From an uncultured Rhodospirillaceae bacterium (GTDB lineage Bacteria; Pseudomonadota; Alphaproteobacteria; UBA9219): 47,133 nucleotides of DNA. Shown here piece after piece: positions 36,809 through 45,400 of this stretch. How positions within the stretch are numbered: the first letter of the stretch is position 1; every line of letters starts with the position of its first letter. Both the position numbers and the translations under genes were made by a program. The DNA lies in contig CAZYPX010000002.1 of assembly GCA_964649675.1 (NCBI GenBank), positions 1 through 47,133 on the forward strand. The letters run 5' to 3'. The notes under the pieces are model-generated. The model worked only from the letters and a program-made list of their open reading frames with translations. It had not been told where the DNA came from and searched no databases.

Positions 36809-38215
36809 ATGCCCAACGTCACGTTGCCCGGCGCGGTCGAGATATGGCCAACGGACAAACTCGCGCCGTATTCGCGAAACCCGCGCACGCACAGCGCGGC
36901 ACAGGTGGCGCAATTGGCCGCGAGCATTGTGGAGTACGGCTTCACCAACCCGCTGCTCGTGGCCAGCGACGGCACGGTCATTGCAGGCCACGGGCGACTG
37001 GAAGCCGCGCGCCAGCTTGGGCTTGAGGAAGTCCCAGTGATCATTCTTGATCACCTGACTCCGGCCCAGCGTCGCGCGTATGTGATTGCCGACAACCAGC
37101 TGGCACTTCAGGCTGGATGGAACGATGAGATTTTAGCCGCAGAAATGCACGCGCTTAACGGCCTCGGGTACGACCTATCGCTGACCGGCTTTGACGAAAA
37201 GGAAATCGACCGTCTTCTCGCGCCCCTTGAAGACGAGCCTGATGATAACAGCCAAGGCGAAGGCAGCGGTGAAGATCAGGCACCCATGCCGCCAAAGCAT
37301 CCTGTCTCCCGTGAAGGCGACGTTTGGCTGCTTGGCAAACATCGTTTGCTTTGCGGAGACAGCACGGAACCGTCTGCCATCACACGATTGATGGCCGGGC
37401 AGCACGCGCACTTGCTGTTCACGTCACCGCCTTATGGCAATCAGCGCGATTACACCACCGGTGGGATCAGCGATTGGGATAAGCTGATGCAAGGCGTGTT
37501 TGCCACATTGCCGATGCGCGAGGACGGACAGGTCTTGGTCAATCTCGGCCAGATCCACAAGGACGGCGAATGGCAACCGTACTGGCAAGACTGGATCGCG
37601 TGGATGCGCGAGCAGAACTGGCGGCGCTTCGGATGGTACGTTTGGGATCAAGGGCCGGGATTACCGGGCGATTGGAACGGACGCCTTGCTCCCAGCTTTG
37701 AGTTTATCTTTCATTTCAACAAAACGCCGCGCAAGGCCAACAAGATCGTGCCCTGCAAATGGGCCGGGCACATCATGCACGAGGACGAAGGCGGTCTGCG
37801 CGAGAAAGACGGCACGGTTGGCAAATGGACGCATGCCGAAAAGCCCGTTCAGGAAAACAAGATACCCGACAACGTGATCCGCATCACGCGCCACAAGGCG
37901 CGCGGGGTTGAAACCGAACACCCTGCCGTGTTCCCCGTGCGCTTGCCAGCGTTCATCATGGAAGCCTACAGCGCCGAGAGCGAGATTGTTTATGAACCTT
38001 TCTGCGGATCAGGAACCACAATTATCGCTGGCGAACAAACAGGCCGCGCTGTTCGAGCGATGGAACTTGCACCCGCTTATGTCGACGTGGCCGTGCGCCG
38101 GTGGCGCGAGATATTCCCGAATGCGCCTCTCACGCTTGAAGGCACAGGGACAAGTTTCGAAGAGACCGCCGCCGCGCGCGGCATTGATCTGACCCAAGAA
38201 AGCAAAGCCGCATGA
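36809..38215 (+). CDS. ParB/Srx-like N-terminal domain fused to a beta-class N6-adenine/N4-cytosine DNA methyltransferase
   Basis: 468 aa. ParB-N region YSRNPRTHS...IAGHGRLEAARQLG. MTase motif IV FTSPPYGN precedes motif I FCGSGTT. Confidence 0.85.
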   Translation: MPNVTLPGAVEIWPTDKLAPYSRNPRTHSAAQVAQLAASIVEYGFTNPLLVASDGTVIAGHGRLEAARQLGLEEVPVIILDHLTPAQRRAYVIADNQLALQAGWNDEILAAEMHALNGLGYDLSLTGFDEKEIDRLLAPLEDEPDDNSQGEGSGEDQAPMPPKHPVSREGDVWLLGKHRLLCGDSTEPSAITRLMAGQHAHLLFTSPPYGNQRDYTTGGISDWDKLMQGVFATLPMREDGQVLVNLGQIHKDGEWQPYWQDWIAWMREQNWRRFGWYVWDQGPGLPGDWNGRLAPSFEFIFHFNKTPRKANKIVPCKWAGHIMHEDEGGLREKDGTVGKWTHAEKPVQENKIPDNVIRITRHKARGVETEHPAVFPVRLPAFIMEAYSAESEIVYEPFCGSGTTIIAGEQTGRAVRAMELAPAYVDVAVRRWREIFPNAPLTLEGTGTSFEETAAARGIDLTQESKAA

Positions 38216-39417
38216 CCTTGACCGTTGAGCTTTGGCCGCTCGACCGCTTGCTGCCCTATGCGGCAAATGCGAGGACGCATGACGAGGCGCAGATTGCGCA
38301 GATCGCGGCCAGCATTGCAGAGTTCGGGTTCAATGCACCTTGCCTTGTCGATGATCGCGGCATCCTTATCGCTGGTCACGGTCGGCTTCTCGGGGCAAGA
38401 AAGCTTGGTTTAACCGAAGTGCCGGTTATTTGCCTTGGCCATCTCACAGAGGCTCAAGCCCGTGCTTATCGCATTGCCGACAACCGCATTGCTGAAAACA
38501 GCCAATGGGATGAAGCCATGCTCGCCGCTGAGATGGCGCGGCTGCATGAAGAGAATGTCGATCTATCGCTCCTTGGATTTGGAGATGATGAGATCGACGA
38601 TTTATTAAACACAGACGATGGCACCGAGGGTAATACGGACGACGATGCCGTCCCTGAAATTCCTGCAGAACCTAAAACAAAGCCTGGCGATATTTACGTG
38701 CTCGGCAATCATCGTTTGCTTTGCGGCGATAGTACTGTGCTGACGAACGTCAAGAAAGTCCTCGATGGCGCACTGGCCGACATGGTCTTCACGGATCCGC
38801 CGTACAATGTCGATTATGGAAATGCGGCCAAGGACAAGATGCGCGGCAACGACCGCAGGATCATGAACGACAATCTTGGCGAAGGATTTGAGAAGTTTCT
38901 CTATGATGCTTGCGTCAATATGATCTCCGTCTGCAAGGGCGCGATTTACGTCTGCATGTCATCGAGCGAACTGCACACGTTGCAGAAAGCTTTCGTCGCG
39001 GCAGGCGGCAAATGGTCAACGTTCGTCATCTGGGCGAAAAACACATTTACGCTTGGCCGGTCGGACTATCAGCGTCAGTACGAGCCGATCCTTTACGGCT
39101 GGAAACAAGGCGCGGATCATTTCTGGTGCGGCGCGCGCGATCAGGGCGATGTTTGGTTCGTCAACAAACCAACGAAGAACGATTTGCATCCAACCATGAA
39201 ACCGGTCGAGCTTGTCGAACGGGCAATCCGCAACAGCAGTAAGAGCCGTGACATCGTTCTGGATTGCTTTGGCGGATCCGGCAGCACGCTTATCGCCTGT
39301 GAAAAGACCGGGAGGCAAGCGCGGCTAATTGAACTGGATCCCAAATACTGCGATGTGATTGTTCAGCGGTGGGAGGAGTTTACTGGTAAAAAAGCTGAGT
39401 TGGTTTCAGCGTCTTAG
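38212..39417 (+). CDS. Second ParB/Srx-like domain fused to a beta-class DNA methyltransferase (CcrM-like architecture)
   Basis: 401 aa. YAANARTHD...IAGHGRLLGARKLG. Motif IV FTDPPYNV, motif I CFGGSGSTLIA. 4-nt overlap with the upstream paralogue. Confidence 0.85.
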   Translation: MTLTVELWPLDRLLPYAANARTHDEAQIAQIAASIAEFGFNAPCLVDDRGILIAGHGRLLGARKLGLTEVPVICLGHLTEAQARAYRIADNRIAENSQWDEAMLAAEMARLHEENVDLSLLGFGDDEIDDLLNTDDGTEGNTDDDAVPEIPAEPKTKPGDIYVLGNHRLLCGDSTVLTNVKKVLDGALADMVFTDPPYNVDYGNAAKDKMRGNDRRIMNDNLGEGFEKFLYDACVNMISVCKGAIYVCMSSSELHTLQKAFVAAGGKWSTFVIWAKNTFTLGRSDYQRQYEPILYGWKQGADHFWCGARDQGDVWFVNKPTKNDLHPTMKPVELVERAIRNSSKSRDIVLDCFGGSGSTLIACEKTGRQARLIELDPKYCDVIVQRWEEFTGKKAELVSAS

Positions 39418-39923
39418 GCGCAATCGAACCAGCGCATGCATGTAAGAAGCAGGTGATTGTAATCGCCGCTTTTGGCTTCAGTCATGAAAGCTTTGATTTC
39501 ATCATCGGGCAGATAAGCCTTGCGCGCGGCGCGCTGGCAATGGCCGAGGATGGCGAAGGCATTTCCGTCTTGGCCTGAAAGATAAACGCGAACTTCCGGG
39601 TAGCGGCAACTCGGCGTTGGCGCGCGCAAACCCACATAGCGTCCGTAGCTCGATCCCGATGGATCGACGTAAAGCGTTTTGCGATCAGGCGCAGTTATTT
39701 CGATGACTTGCCGCTTATTGTTGCGGTACCCGCCTTTGCCAGCAAGCCATTCGCGGTCTTGAAGCATGGTGCTTGTGAAGGCATCGTATTCCTCTGCGCT
39801 CAGCGCCTTGGTTTTTGCGATGACAACGCGGCTGCCCAAGTCGTCTGTGTCTCTGGCAGCAGATTCAACTTCATCAAAACGAAAAGGCTTACGGGCAAAC
39901 CGTACAAAAATTTCTTCGGACAT
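39414..39923 (-). CDS. Hypothetical protein, two-part (unknown N-terminal domain plus a small-phage-protein-like C-terminal ~55 aa)
   Basis: 169 aa from the ATG at 39923, preceded by AAGGAGG. The C-terminus VYLSGQDGNAFAILGHCQRAARKAYLPDDEIKAFMTEAKSGDYNHLLLTCMRWF resembles a stand-alone small phage protein family I recall (unverified). Confidence 0.5.
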   Translation of the reverse strand: MSEEIFVRFARKPFRFDEVESAARDTDDLGSRVVIAKTKALSAEEYDAFTSTMLQDREWLAGKGGYRNNKRQVIEITAPDRKTLYVDPSGSSYGRYVGLRAPTPSCRYPEVRVYLSGQDGNAFAILGHCQRAARKAYLPDDEIKAFMTEAKSGDYNHLLLTCMRWFDCA

Positions 39924-39937
39924 AATAATAGCCTCCT

Positions 39938-40153
39938 TCACATCGTGTTCCGATGCAGTGCCATCGCAGCAGCAAAAAGCGCTTGCGCTTCGGGTAAACG
40001 TTTCTCGAAATCGAGGACTGTGCCGATAGCGAGGTTCTGGTTTTCCTGTTCCATTGCTTCATGGGCTTCTTTGGCAAGTTTTGCCGCTTCTGCAAGGCGC
40101 TCTGACAAGGCGGCAAGGTTGGCGGCGATGGCGTTTTGAATTGCGTTTTTCAT
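39938..40153 (-). CDS. Small coiled-coil hypothetical protein
   Basis: 71 aa from the ATG at 40153, preceded by AAGGAG. Ala/Glu/Leu-rich. Confidence 0.45.
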   Translation of the reverse strand: MKNAIQNAIAANLAALSERLAEAAKLAKEAHEAMEQENQNLAIGTVLDFEKRLPEAQALFAAAMALHRNTM

Positions 40154-40212
40154 TATGGGCTCCTTAAACAAATTGCTTCCAATCACATGGTCATTAACGC
40201 GCTGCTGCGCAA

Positions 40213-40246
40213 GATTATCAACTCAATTAGGGATCATCTGATTGCG
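40213..40246 (-). promoter_or_regulatory. Conserved 34-nt promoter/operator element, copy A (upstream of the 40153 transcription unit)
   Basis: GATTATCAACTCAATTAGGGATCATCTGATTGCG, compared with copy B at 41070-41103. On the minus strand it reads ...GATGATCCCT-N11-GATAATC (-10-like). Confidence 0.45.
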
Positions 40247-40286
40247 AAGAAAAGCGCCGAATGATTGTTTGATAATCATTCGGCGC
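40244..40286 (-). terminator. Rho-independent terminator of the 41028->40299 unit
   Basis: 13-bp perfect stem GCGCCGAATGATT / AATCATTCGGCGC with a 7-nt loop. Followed on the minus strand by TTTTCTTCG. Confidence 0.7.
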
Positions 40287-40298
40287 ACATGGATCATA

Positions 40299-40625
40299 TT
40301 ATTGCTTGGTTTCTTTATTATCGAGGAACGCTTCCGTCGAGTTTTGAGGAACTCGCCCAAGAAGCTCCAACATTTGAATCCACGGCACCATAACCAGACC
40401 CGTTGTGAAAGCATCCGGCAAGTTTGGCTGCCATCCTGACTTTTCGCTGCCAATCAGGCCATCATCGCTTATGCCTATCACTGTCCGGATCCGGAGATTG
40501 CCATCGCTGTTATAAAGTTTGACGGCTTGGTCAATGTCCTCAAGGGTCAGCTTATAACGAAGCAAGATAGCCTGCCCGTCACCGCTTTTGAGGTGATGCA
40601 CAGGATAACCGGTGTTATTTGTCAT
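40299..40625 (-). CDS. Hypothetical protein
   Basis: 108 aa from the ATG at 40625, preceded by AAGGAG. 11-nt overlap with the upstream gene. The longer track ORF start (40793) lies inside that gene. Confidence 0.5.
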   Translation of the reverse strand: MTNNTGYPVHHLKSGDGQAILLRYKLTLEDIDQAVKLYNSDGNLRIRTVIGISDDGLIGSEKSGWQPNLPDAFTTGLVMVPWIQMLELLGRVPQNSTEAFLDNKETKQ

Positions 40626-41028
40626 CGCTCTTCTCCTTTTCGCTGGATATTTTGTACACGCGCTTGCCGCCCTTCGGCTTTTCGGAAACGATCTGGTAAC
40701 CACGTTTCTTTCCAAGCGCGTGCGAAATGGCGGCGCGTACCGTGTGTTTCTGCCAACCCGTGGCATCCATAATCTGGTCGACCGTTGCGCCATCAGGTCG
40801 ACTTAACAGTTCGATAACTTTTGTAAGCTTCGTCTCACGCGCTGGCGCATCGTTTGTCGGCTTCATGGCCGCGACGGCGGCAAGTCCTGCCTGCATGGGT
40901 TCGGACAGTTTGCTTTCATCGATCGGTTTGCCGTTGCCTTGGGCTTTGGTTTTGATCGCGCCCTTAAGCCCGTGATTGGGCTTGGGTGCAGCAGATTTGC
41001 CGGGTTTTTTAGTTTTGGGTTTCGACAT
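40615..41028 (-). CDS. DUF3489-like protein (basic disordered N-terminus + small winged-helix-like C-terminal domain)
   Basis: 137 aa. TKLTKVIELLSRPDGATVDQIMDATGWQKHTVRAAISHALGKKRGYQIVSEK..GGKRVYKI matches my recollection of the DUF3489 signature. Confidence 0.6.
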   Translation of the reverse strand: MSKPKTKKPGKSAAPKPNHGLKGAIKTKAQGNGKPIDESKLSEPMQAGLAAVAAMKPTNDAPARETKLTKVIELLSRPDGATVDQIMDATGWQKHTVRAAISHALGKKRGYQIVSEKPKGGKRVYKISSEKEKSDDK

Positions 41029-41069
41029 GTGCGTTCTCCTTTCGTCAGGATGAACGCTTCATTCGCGCG

Positions 41070-41103
41070 GATTATCCAGTGAATAAGGGATCATCTAATG
41101 GCG
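41070..41103 (-). promoter_or_regulatory. Conserved 34-nt promoter/operator element, copy B (upstream of the 41028 unit)
   Basis: GATTATCCAGTGAATAAGGGATCATCTAATGGCG. About 26 of 34 positions identical to copy A. Further GGATCATC motifs and the palindrome GATCAT-caa-ATGATC at 41119-41136. Confidence 0.45.
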
Positions 41104-41161
41104 TTGTTCGCGCCAAACGGATCATCAAATGATCATGACGATGGGGCGCAGGAAATGATGC

Positions 41162-41722
41162 ATGGGAGTCAGTCAACGAGAGTTCGCCGCCCTGTGGGGC
41201 AAAAGTCGCGGCGCAGTGCAAAAAGCCATAGCCTCAGGGCGCATCCGGCTTGAAAGCGATGGCACCATCAACCCAGACAAAGCGCTGGCGTCCCTTGCCA
41301 CAGAAACGGATCCCGCGCAGGTGCGCACAAAGGCCTCGGCAGCGCAGAAGGTCAAAGCGGTGCCGGAAGCGGCAATCCGTGCTATCGGCGACACGCTGCG
41401 CGAGTCAGGACAGGCTAACACCGGAGGCGGCACCACATTCGTTCAGGCCCGCACGGCCAATGAGGTTCTGAAAGCGCAAGAGCGGCGCGTCAAACTGCAA
41501 AGGCTCAAGGGCGAGCTTGTCGACCGTGCTCAAGCCGTGTCGTTGATCTATCGGCTTGCGCGCCAGGAACGCGACGCATGGCAGATGTGGCCGACGCGGG
41601 TGGCAGCAGCGCTTGCTGCTGAGATCGGCGCTGACACGCATCAGGTGCAGGTTGCGCTTGAAAAACTCGTGCGCGAACACCTACAGCAGCTGGCCGATGT
41701 CAAAATCGAGCTGCGCCCATGA
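41162..41722 (+). CDS. Terminase small subunit (HTH N-terminus)
   Basis: 186 aa. N-terminus VSQREFAALWGKSRGAVQKAIASGRI. 4-nt overlap with the large terminase gene. Confidence 0.65.
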   Translation: MGVSQREFAALWGKSRGAVQKAIASGRIRLESDGTINPDKALASLATETDPAQVRTKASAAQKVKAVPEAAIRAIGDTLRESGQANTGGGTTFVQARTANEVLKAQERRVKLQRLKGELVDRAQAVSLIYRLARQERDAWQMWPTRVAAALAAEIGADTHQVQVALEKLVREHLQQLADVKIELRP

Positions 41723-43686
41723 TCGGTATCGAGGAAAGCATCGCCTCGTTCGATGGCGCGGACGAGATTTTGCGCGGCTGGGCAGACGGTCTTACGCCCG
41801 ATCCGGATCATACCGTATCGACGTGGGCTGACGAAAACCGCATCCTTTCGCCGCGAGGGGCGAATGAAGCCGGGCCTTGGCGCACAAGCCGGACGCCGTA
41901 TTTGCGCGAGATCATGGATGCCTTGTCTCCATCCTCGCCATTTCAGCGCATCGTCCTGATGAAAGGCGCGCAGCTTGGCGGATCGGAATGCGGTAACAAC
42001 TTTATCGGCTACGTCATTCATCATGCGCCCGGCCCAATGCTGGCGGTGCAGCCAACGGTCGAGCTTGCAAGGCGCTTCAGCCAGCAGCGTATCGATCCGC
42101 TGATTGAGGAAAGCGCCATCCTGCGGGAACGTGTTGCGCCGCCCCGTTCGCGGGATAGCGGCAATACGATCCTGTCGAAAGAGTTTCCGGGCGGCATTCT
42201 GGTTATGACCGGCGCAAATAGCGCGGTCGGGCTGCGCTCGATGCCCGCGCGGTATTTGTTTCTGGACGAAGTCGATGCTTACCCCGCATCCGCAGGTGAA
42301 GAAGGCGATCCGGTTGCGCTGGCCGAAGCCCGCACGCGCACCTTCGCGTGGCGGCGCAAAGTGTTCCTGTGCTCGACGCCCACGATCAAAGGAATATCAC
42401 GCATAGAGCGCGAGTTTGAGGCAAGTGATCAGCGCAAATACTTCGTGCCTTGTCCGTTCTGCGGACACAAACAGATTTTGCAGTTTGAACGGTTGCGCTG
42501 GGAGAAAGGCAAACCGGAAACTGCCGTCTATCACTGTGAGCATTGCGAAACGCGGATAGAGGAGCGTCACAAGACATCCATGCTGGAGCATGGCGAATGG
42601 CAGGCCACGGCAATTAGCGCCGATCCGCTTACTGTCGGCTTTCACATTTCAAGCCTTTACTCGCCGCACGGCTGGTTGAGCTGGGAGCGTATCGCCCGCG
42701 ATTGGGAAGCAGCACAAGGCAATGACGAGGCGATGAAGGGCTTCAAGAACAGCGTGCTGGGCGAGACGTGGGTTGAAAGTGGCGAAGCGCCGGACTGGCA
42801 GATCCTGTGCGAAAGGCGCGAGCCGTATCGATTGGGCACTGTTCCCAAGCGCGGCCTTTTCCTGACCGCAGGCGCAGACATCCAGAAAGACCGTATTGAG
42901 GTGGATGTCTGGGCATGGGGGCGTGGCCTCGAAAGCTGGCTTGTCGACCACATCGTCATACCCGGCGGTCCAGATGATACCGGCGCATGGGAAGCGCTGG
43001 CCAAATTGCTTTCGCAAACCTGGCCGCATGAAAACGGCCCGCATTTGACGATTGCCAAGCTCGCCGTCGACTCCGGCTATGAAGCACCCGCCGTCTATGC
43101 GTGGACGCGCAGAATGGGCGGCATGCAGGTCATGGCTGTCAAAGGCGCAGAAGGGTTCAATCGCGCCAGCCCTGTCACCGGCCCGACTTACGTGGACGTA
43201 AGCGAAGGCGGCCGCAAGATCCGGCGCGGCGCAAAGCTCTGGGTGGTCGCGGGATCGACCTTCAAGACGGAAACGTACCGTTTTTTGCGTCTTGCCCGGC
43301 CCACAGCAGAAGAACTTGCAAGCGGCGTTTTGTTCCCTCCCGGCACGGTGCATTTGCCCGAAGGCATCGACAGCGAGTGGATTAGGCAGCTTACGGCGGA
43401 ACAGCTTGTCACCGTCAAAACCAAACGCGGCTTCTCGAAACTGGAGTGGCAAAAGCTGCGGGAGCGGAACGAAGCCTTGGATTGCCGCGTCTACGCGCGC
43501 GCGGCCGCGTGGAATGTCGGGATAGACCGCTTCTCGGAAGCTCGCTGGAAAGAACTTGAGACGCAGGTCGCCATTGAGGAACACGAAATCACCGAAGCTT
43601 CTGCGGAAGAGCCTCGCAGCGCTGGCGTTTTGCGCCGAAAGCTGCCGTCGAAGCGGCGGACGTTTCAATCATCCTATTTAAGATAG
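41719..43686 (+). CDS. Terminase large subunit, lambda GpA family
   Basis: 655 aa. Contains MKGAQLGGSECGNN, YLFLDEVDAYP and the zinc cluster CPFCGHKQ...YHCEHCE. Size and position are typical of GpA-type terminases. Confidence 0.9.
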   Translation: MIGIEESIASFDGADEILRGWADGLTPDPDHTVSTWADENRILSPRGANEAGPWRTSRTPYLREIMDALSPSSPFQRIVLMKGAQLGGSECGNNFIGYVIHHAPGPMLAVQPTVELARRFSQQRIDPLIEESAILRERVAPPRSRDSGNTILSKEFPGGILVMTGANSAVGLRSMPARYLFLDEVDAYPASAGEEGDPVALAEARTRTFAWRRKVFLCSTPTIKGISRIEREFEASDQRKYFVPCPFCGHKQILQFERLRWEKGKPETAVYHCEHCETRIEERHKTSMLEHGEWQATAISADPLTVGFHISSLYSPHGWLSWERIARDWEAAQGNDEAMKGFKNSVLGETWVESGEAPDWQILCERREPYRLGTVPKRGLFLTAGADIQKDRIEVDVWAWGRGLESWLVDHIVIPGGPDDTGAWEALAKLLSQTWPHENGPHLTIAKLAVDSGYEAPAVYAWTRRMGGMQVMAVKGAEGFNRASPVTGPTYVDVSEGGRKIRRGAKLWVVAGSTFKTETYRFLRLARPTAEELASGVLFPPGTVHLPEGIDSEWIRQLTAEQLVTVKTKRGFSKLEWQKLRERNEALDCRVYARAAAWNVGIDRFSEARWKELETQVAIEEHEITEASAEEPRSAGVLRRKLPSKRRTFQSSYLR

Positions 43687-43690
43687 CCCC

Positions 43691-43903
43691 ATGACCCTCG
43701 ATGACATGAAAACCCGCCTTGAGGCGCTGCTCGCCGCCCGCTGGCGCGGAGTGCGCAGTATCGATGTCGAGGGTCGGCGCGTCTCTTACGCGACCGACGC
43801 CGAAATGGCCTCGGCCATCACAGACCTTGAAAAGCGCATCGCCGTTCTCGAAACCGGCAAGCCACGCCGCCGCATCCTGACGTCGGGCAGCAAAGGACTA
43901 TAG
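43691..43903 (+). CDS. Head-tail joining protein, gpW-like
   Basis: 70 aa, located between the terminase and portal genes. Pattern LEALLAARWRGVRSIDVEGRRVSYATDAEMASAITDLEKRI. Confidence 0.7.
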   Translation: MTLDDMKTRLEALLAARWRGVRSIDVEGRRVSYATDAEMASAITDLEKRIAVLETGKPRRRILTSGSKGL

Positions 43904-45400
43904 ATGGGAATGCTGACCAACATAACTCGCCGGTGGCGCGGGGCCTTTGGCTCGCTCGCGACAGGCGGGTTTGAGGCGTCGCAAGGCAATCGGCGCCTGC
44001 GCACGTTCCAGCCCTCGCGCCTTCATCTCAACTCGCTATTGGTCAATGCCGGGCCGACGATTACGGCGCGGGCGCGTTATCTCGTCCGCAACAACGGCTA
44101 TGCCACAAACGCAACCGAAAGTTGGACAGGCAATGCCGTGGGTGATGGGATCACCCCATCTAGCAAGGTCGGCAATTTACGCCTGAAGAACCGCGTCATG
44201 GAGACGTGGGGTCGCTGGACGGATTATGCCGATGCGGAAGGCCTGACGGATTTCTATGGCCTGCAGCGCCGTGCCGCGCGGGAGATGTTCATAACGGGTG
44301 AGACGTTCTTTGTCTTCCGACCCTGCTCGCCGCCGCTGGGGCTGCCGGTTCCGCTTCAGTTGCAGCTTTTGCCAACCGAAATGCTGCCGATCACCAAGAA
44401 CGAGGTGCTGGCCAATGGCAACGTCATCCGCTGCGGGATCGAGTTCGACGGCAATGGACAGCGCATCGCCTATCATTTTTACCGCCGCCATCCGGGCGAT
44501 ATGACCCAGCCGGATCTGACAAACGAAACGGTGCGCATTCCGGCTCTCAATGTCATGCACCTGATGGATGCAGGCGATGCCGGGCAATTGCGTGGCGTGT
44601 CGCGGCTGGCTCCTGCTATTGTGAAGATGTTTCTGCTCGATCAGTATGACGACGCGGAACTTGACCGCAAAAAAGTCGCGGCGATGTACGCGCTCTTCAT
44701 TACGACACCCGCACCGGCAGAACCTTTTGATACGGCTGAGGAAGAGAATGAAAACGGCGAGCGCATTATGGACGTGCAGCCCGGCCAGATTACAATGCTG
44801 GAGCCCGGCGAAGAGGTTCAGACTTCCAGCCCCGCCGATGTCGGCCAGACTTATGAGCCGTTTCAATACCGCGCCATTCTGCAGATCTCGGCGGCGACAG
44901 GCGTGCCTTACGCCTATGTCTCAGGCGACATGCTGAAAGCCAATTATTCCAACTCGCGCATGGCGCTTCTGGAGTTCCGACGGCGCGTTGGTGCCTGGCA
45001 GCACTCGGTCATGGTCTGGCAACTGTGCCGCAGGGTCTGGGAACGCTGGATGGACATGGCCGTTCTGTCAGGCGCACTGACCATCCGTAATTACGAAGCC
45101 AAGCGTGCCGAGTATCTCGCCTGTGACTGGTTGCCGCCCAAGTGGGATTGGGTCGACCCACTCAAGGATGCCAACGCCGAGATCGAGCAGATCAAAGCGG
45201 GTCTCAAGAGCCGCACGCAAGCCATCGCCGAGCGCGGCTACGACATCGCGCAGGTGGACGCAGAAATCGCAGCGGAACGCAAACGCGAAGCTGAATTAGG
45301 CATTTCGTTTCAGGAAACGCCCGCGTTGCCCGCGCCGAAACCACGCCAGCAGCAAGACAATCCGGACGCCTTGTCGGAAGAGGAAGAACAACAAGCATGA
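43904..45400 (+). CDS. Portal protein, lambda family
   Basis: 498 aa. Gene order is terminase-W-portal-protease. Acidic C-terminal tail. Confidence 0.85.
   Translation: MGMLTNITRRWRGAFGSLATGGFEASQGNRRLRTFQPSRLHLNSLLVNAGPTITARARYLVRNNGYATNATESWTGNAVGDGITPSSKVGNLRLKNRVMETWGRWTDYADAEGLTDFYGLQRRAAREMFITGETFFVFRPCSPPLGLPVPLQLQLLPTEMLPITKNEVLANGNVIRCGIEFDGNGQRIAYHFYRRHPGDMTQPDLTNETVRIPALNVMHLMDAGDAGQLRGVSRLAPAIVKMFLLDQYDDAELDRKKVAAMYALFITTPAPAEPFDTAEEENENGERIMDVQPGQITMLEPGEEVQTSSPADVGQTYEPFQYRAILQISAATGVPYAYVSGDMLKANYSNSRMALLEFRRRVGAWQHSVMVWQLCRRVWERWMDMAVLSGALTIRNYEAKRAEYLACDWLPPKWDWVDPLKDANAEIEQIKAGLKSRTQAIAERGYDIAQVDAEIAAERKREAELGISFQETPALPAPKPRQQQDNPDALSEEEEQQA

Noticed and set aside
36809-39417. 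Idea that the ParB-domain proteins are plasmid-type partition proteins (phage-plasmid lifestyle)
   Set aside because: Both carry complete beta-class methyltransferase domains and lack a ParB HTH/dimerisation region. No ParA gene is present. The element has an integrase and is integrated at a tRNA.
42649-43668. 339-aa minus-strand ORF opposite the large terminase gene
   Set aside because: It lies wholly inside the strongly supported GpA-type terminase gene. Its composition is Arg/Ala/Pro-biased with no recognisable domain.
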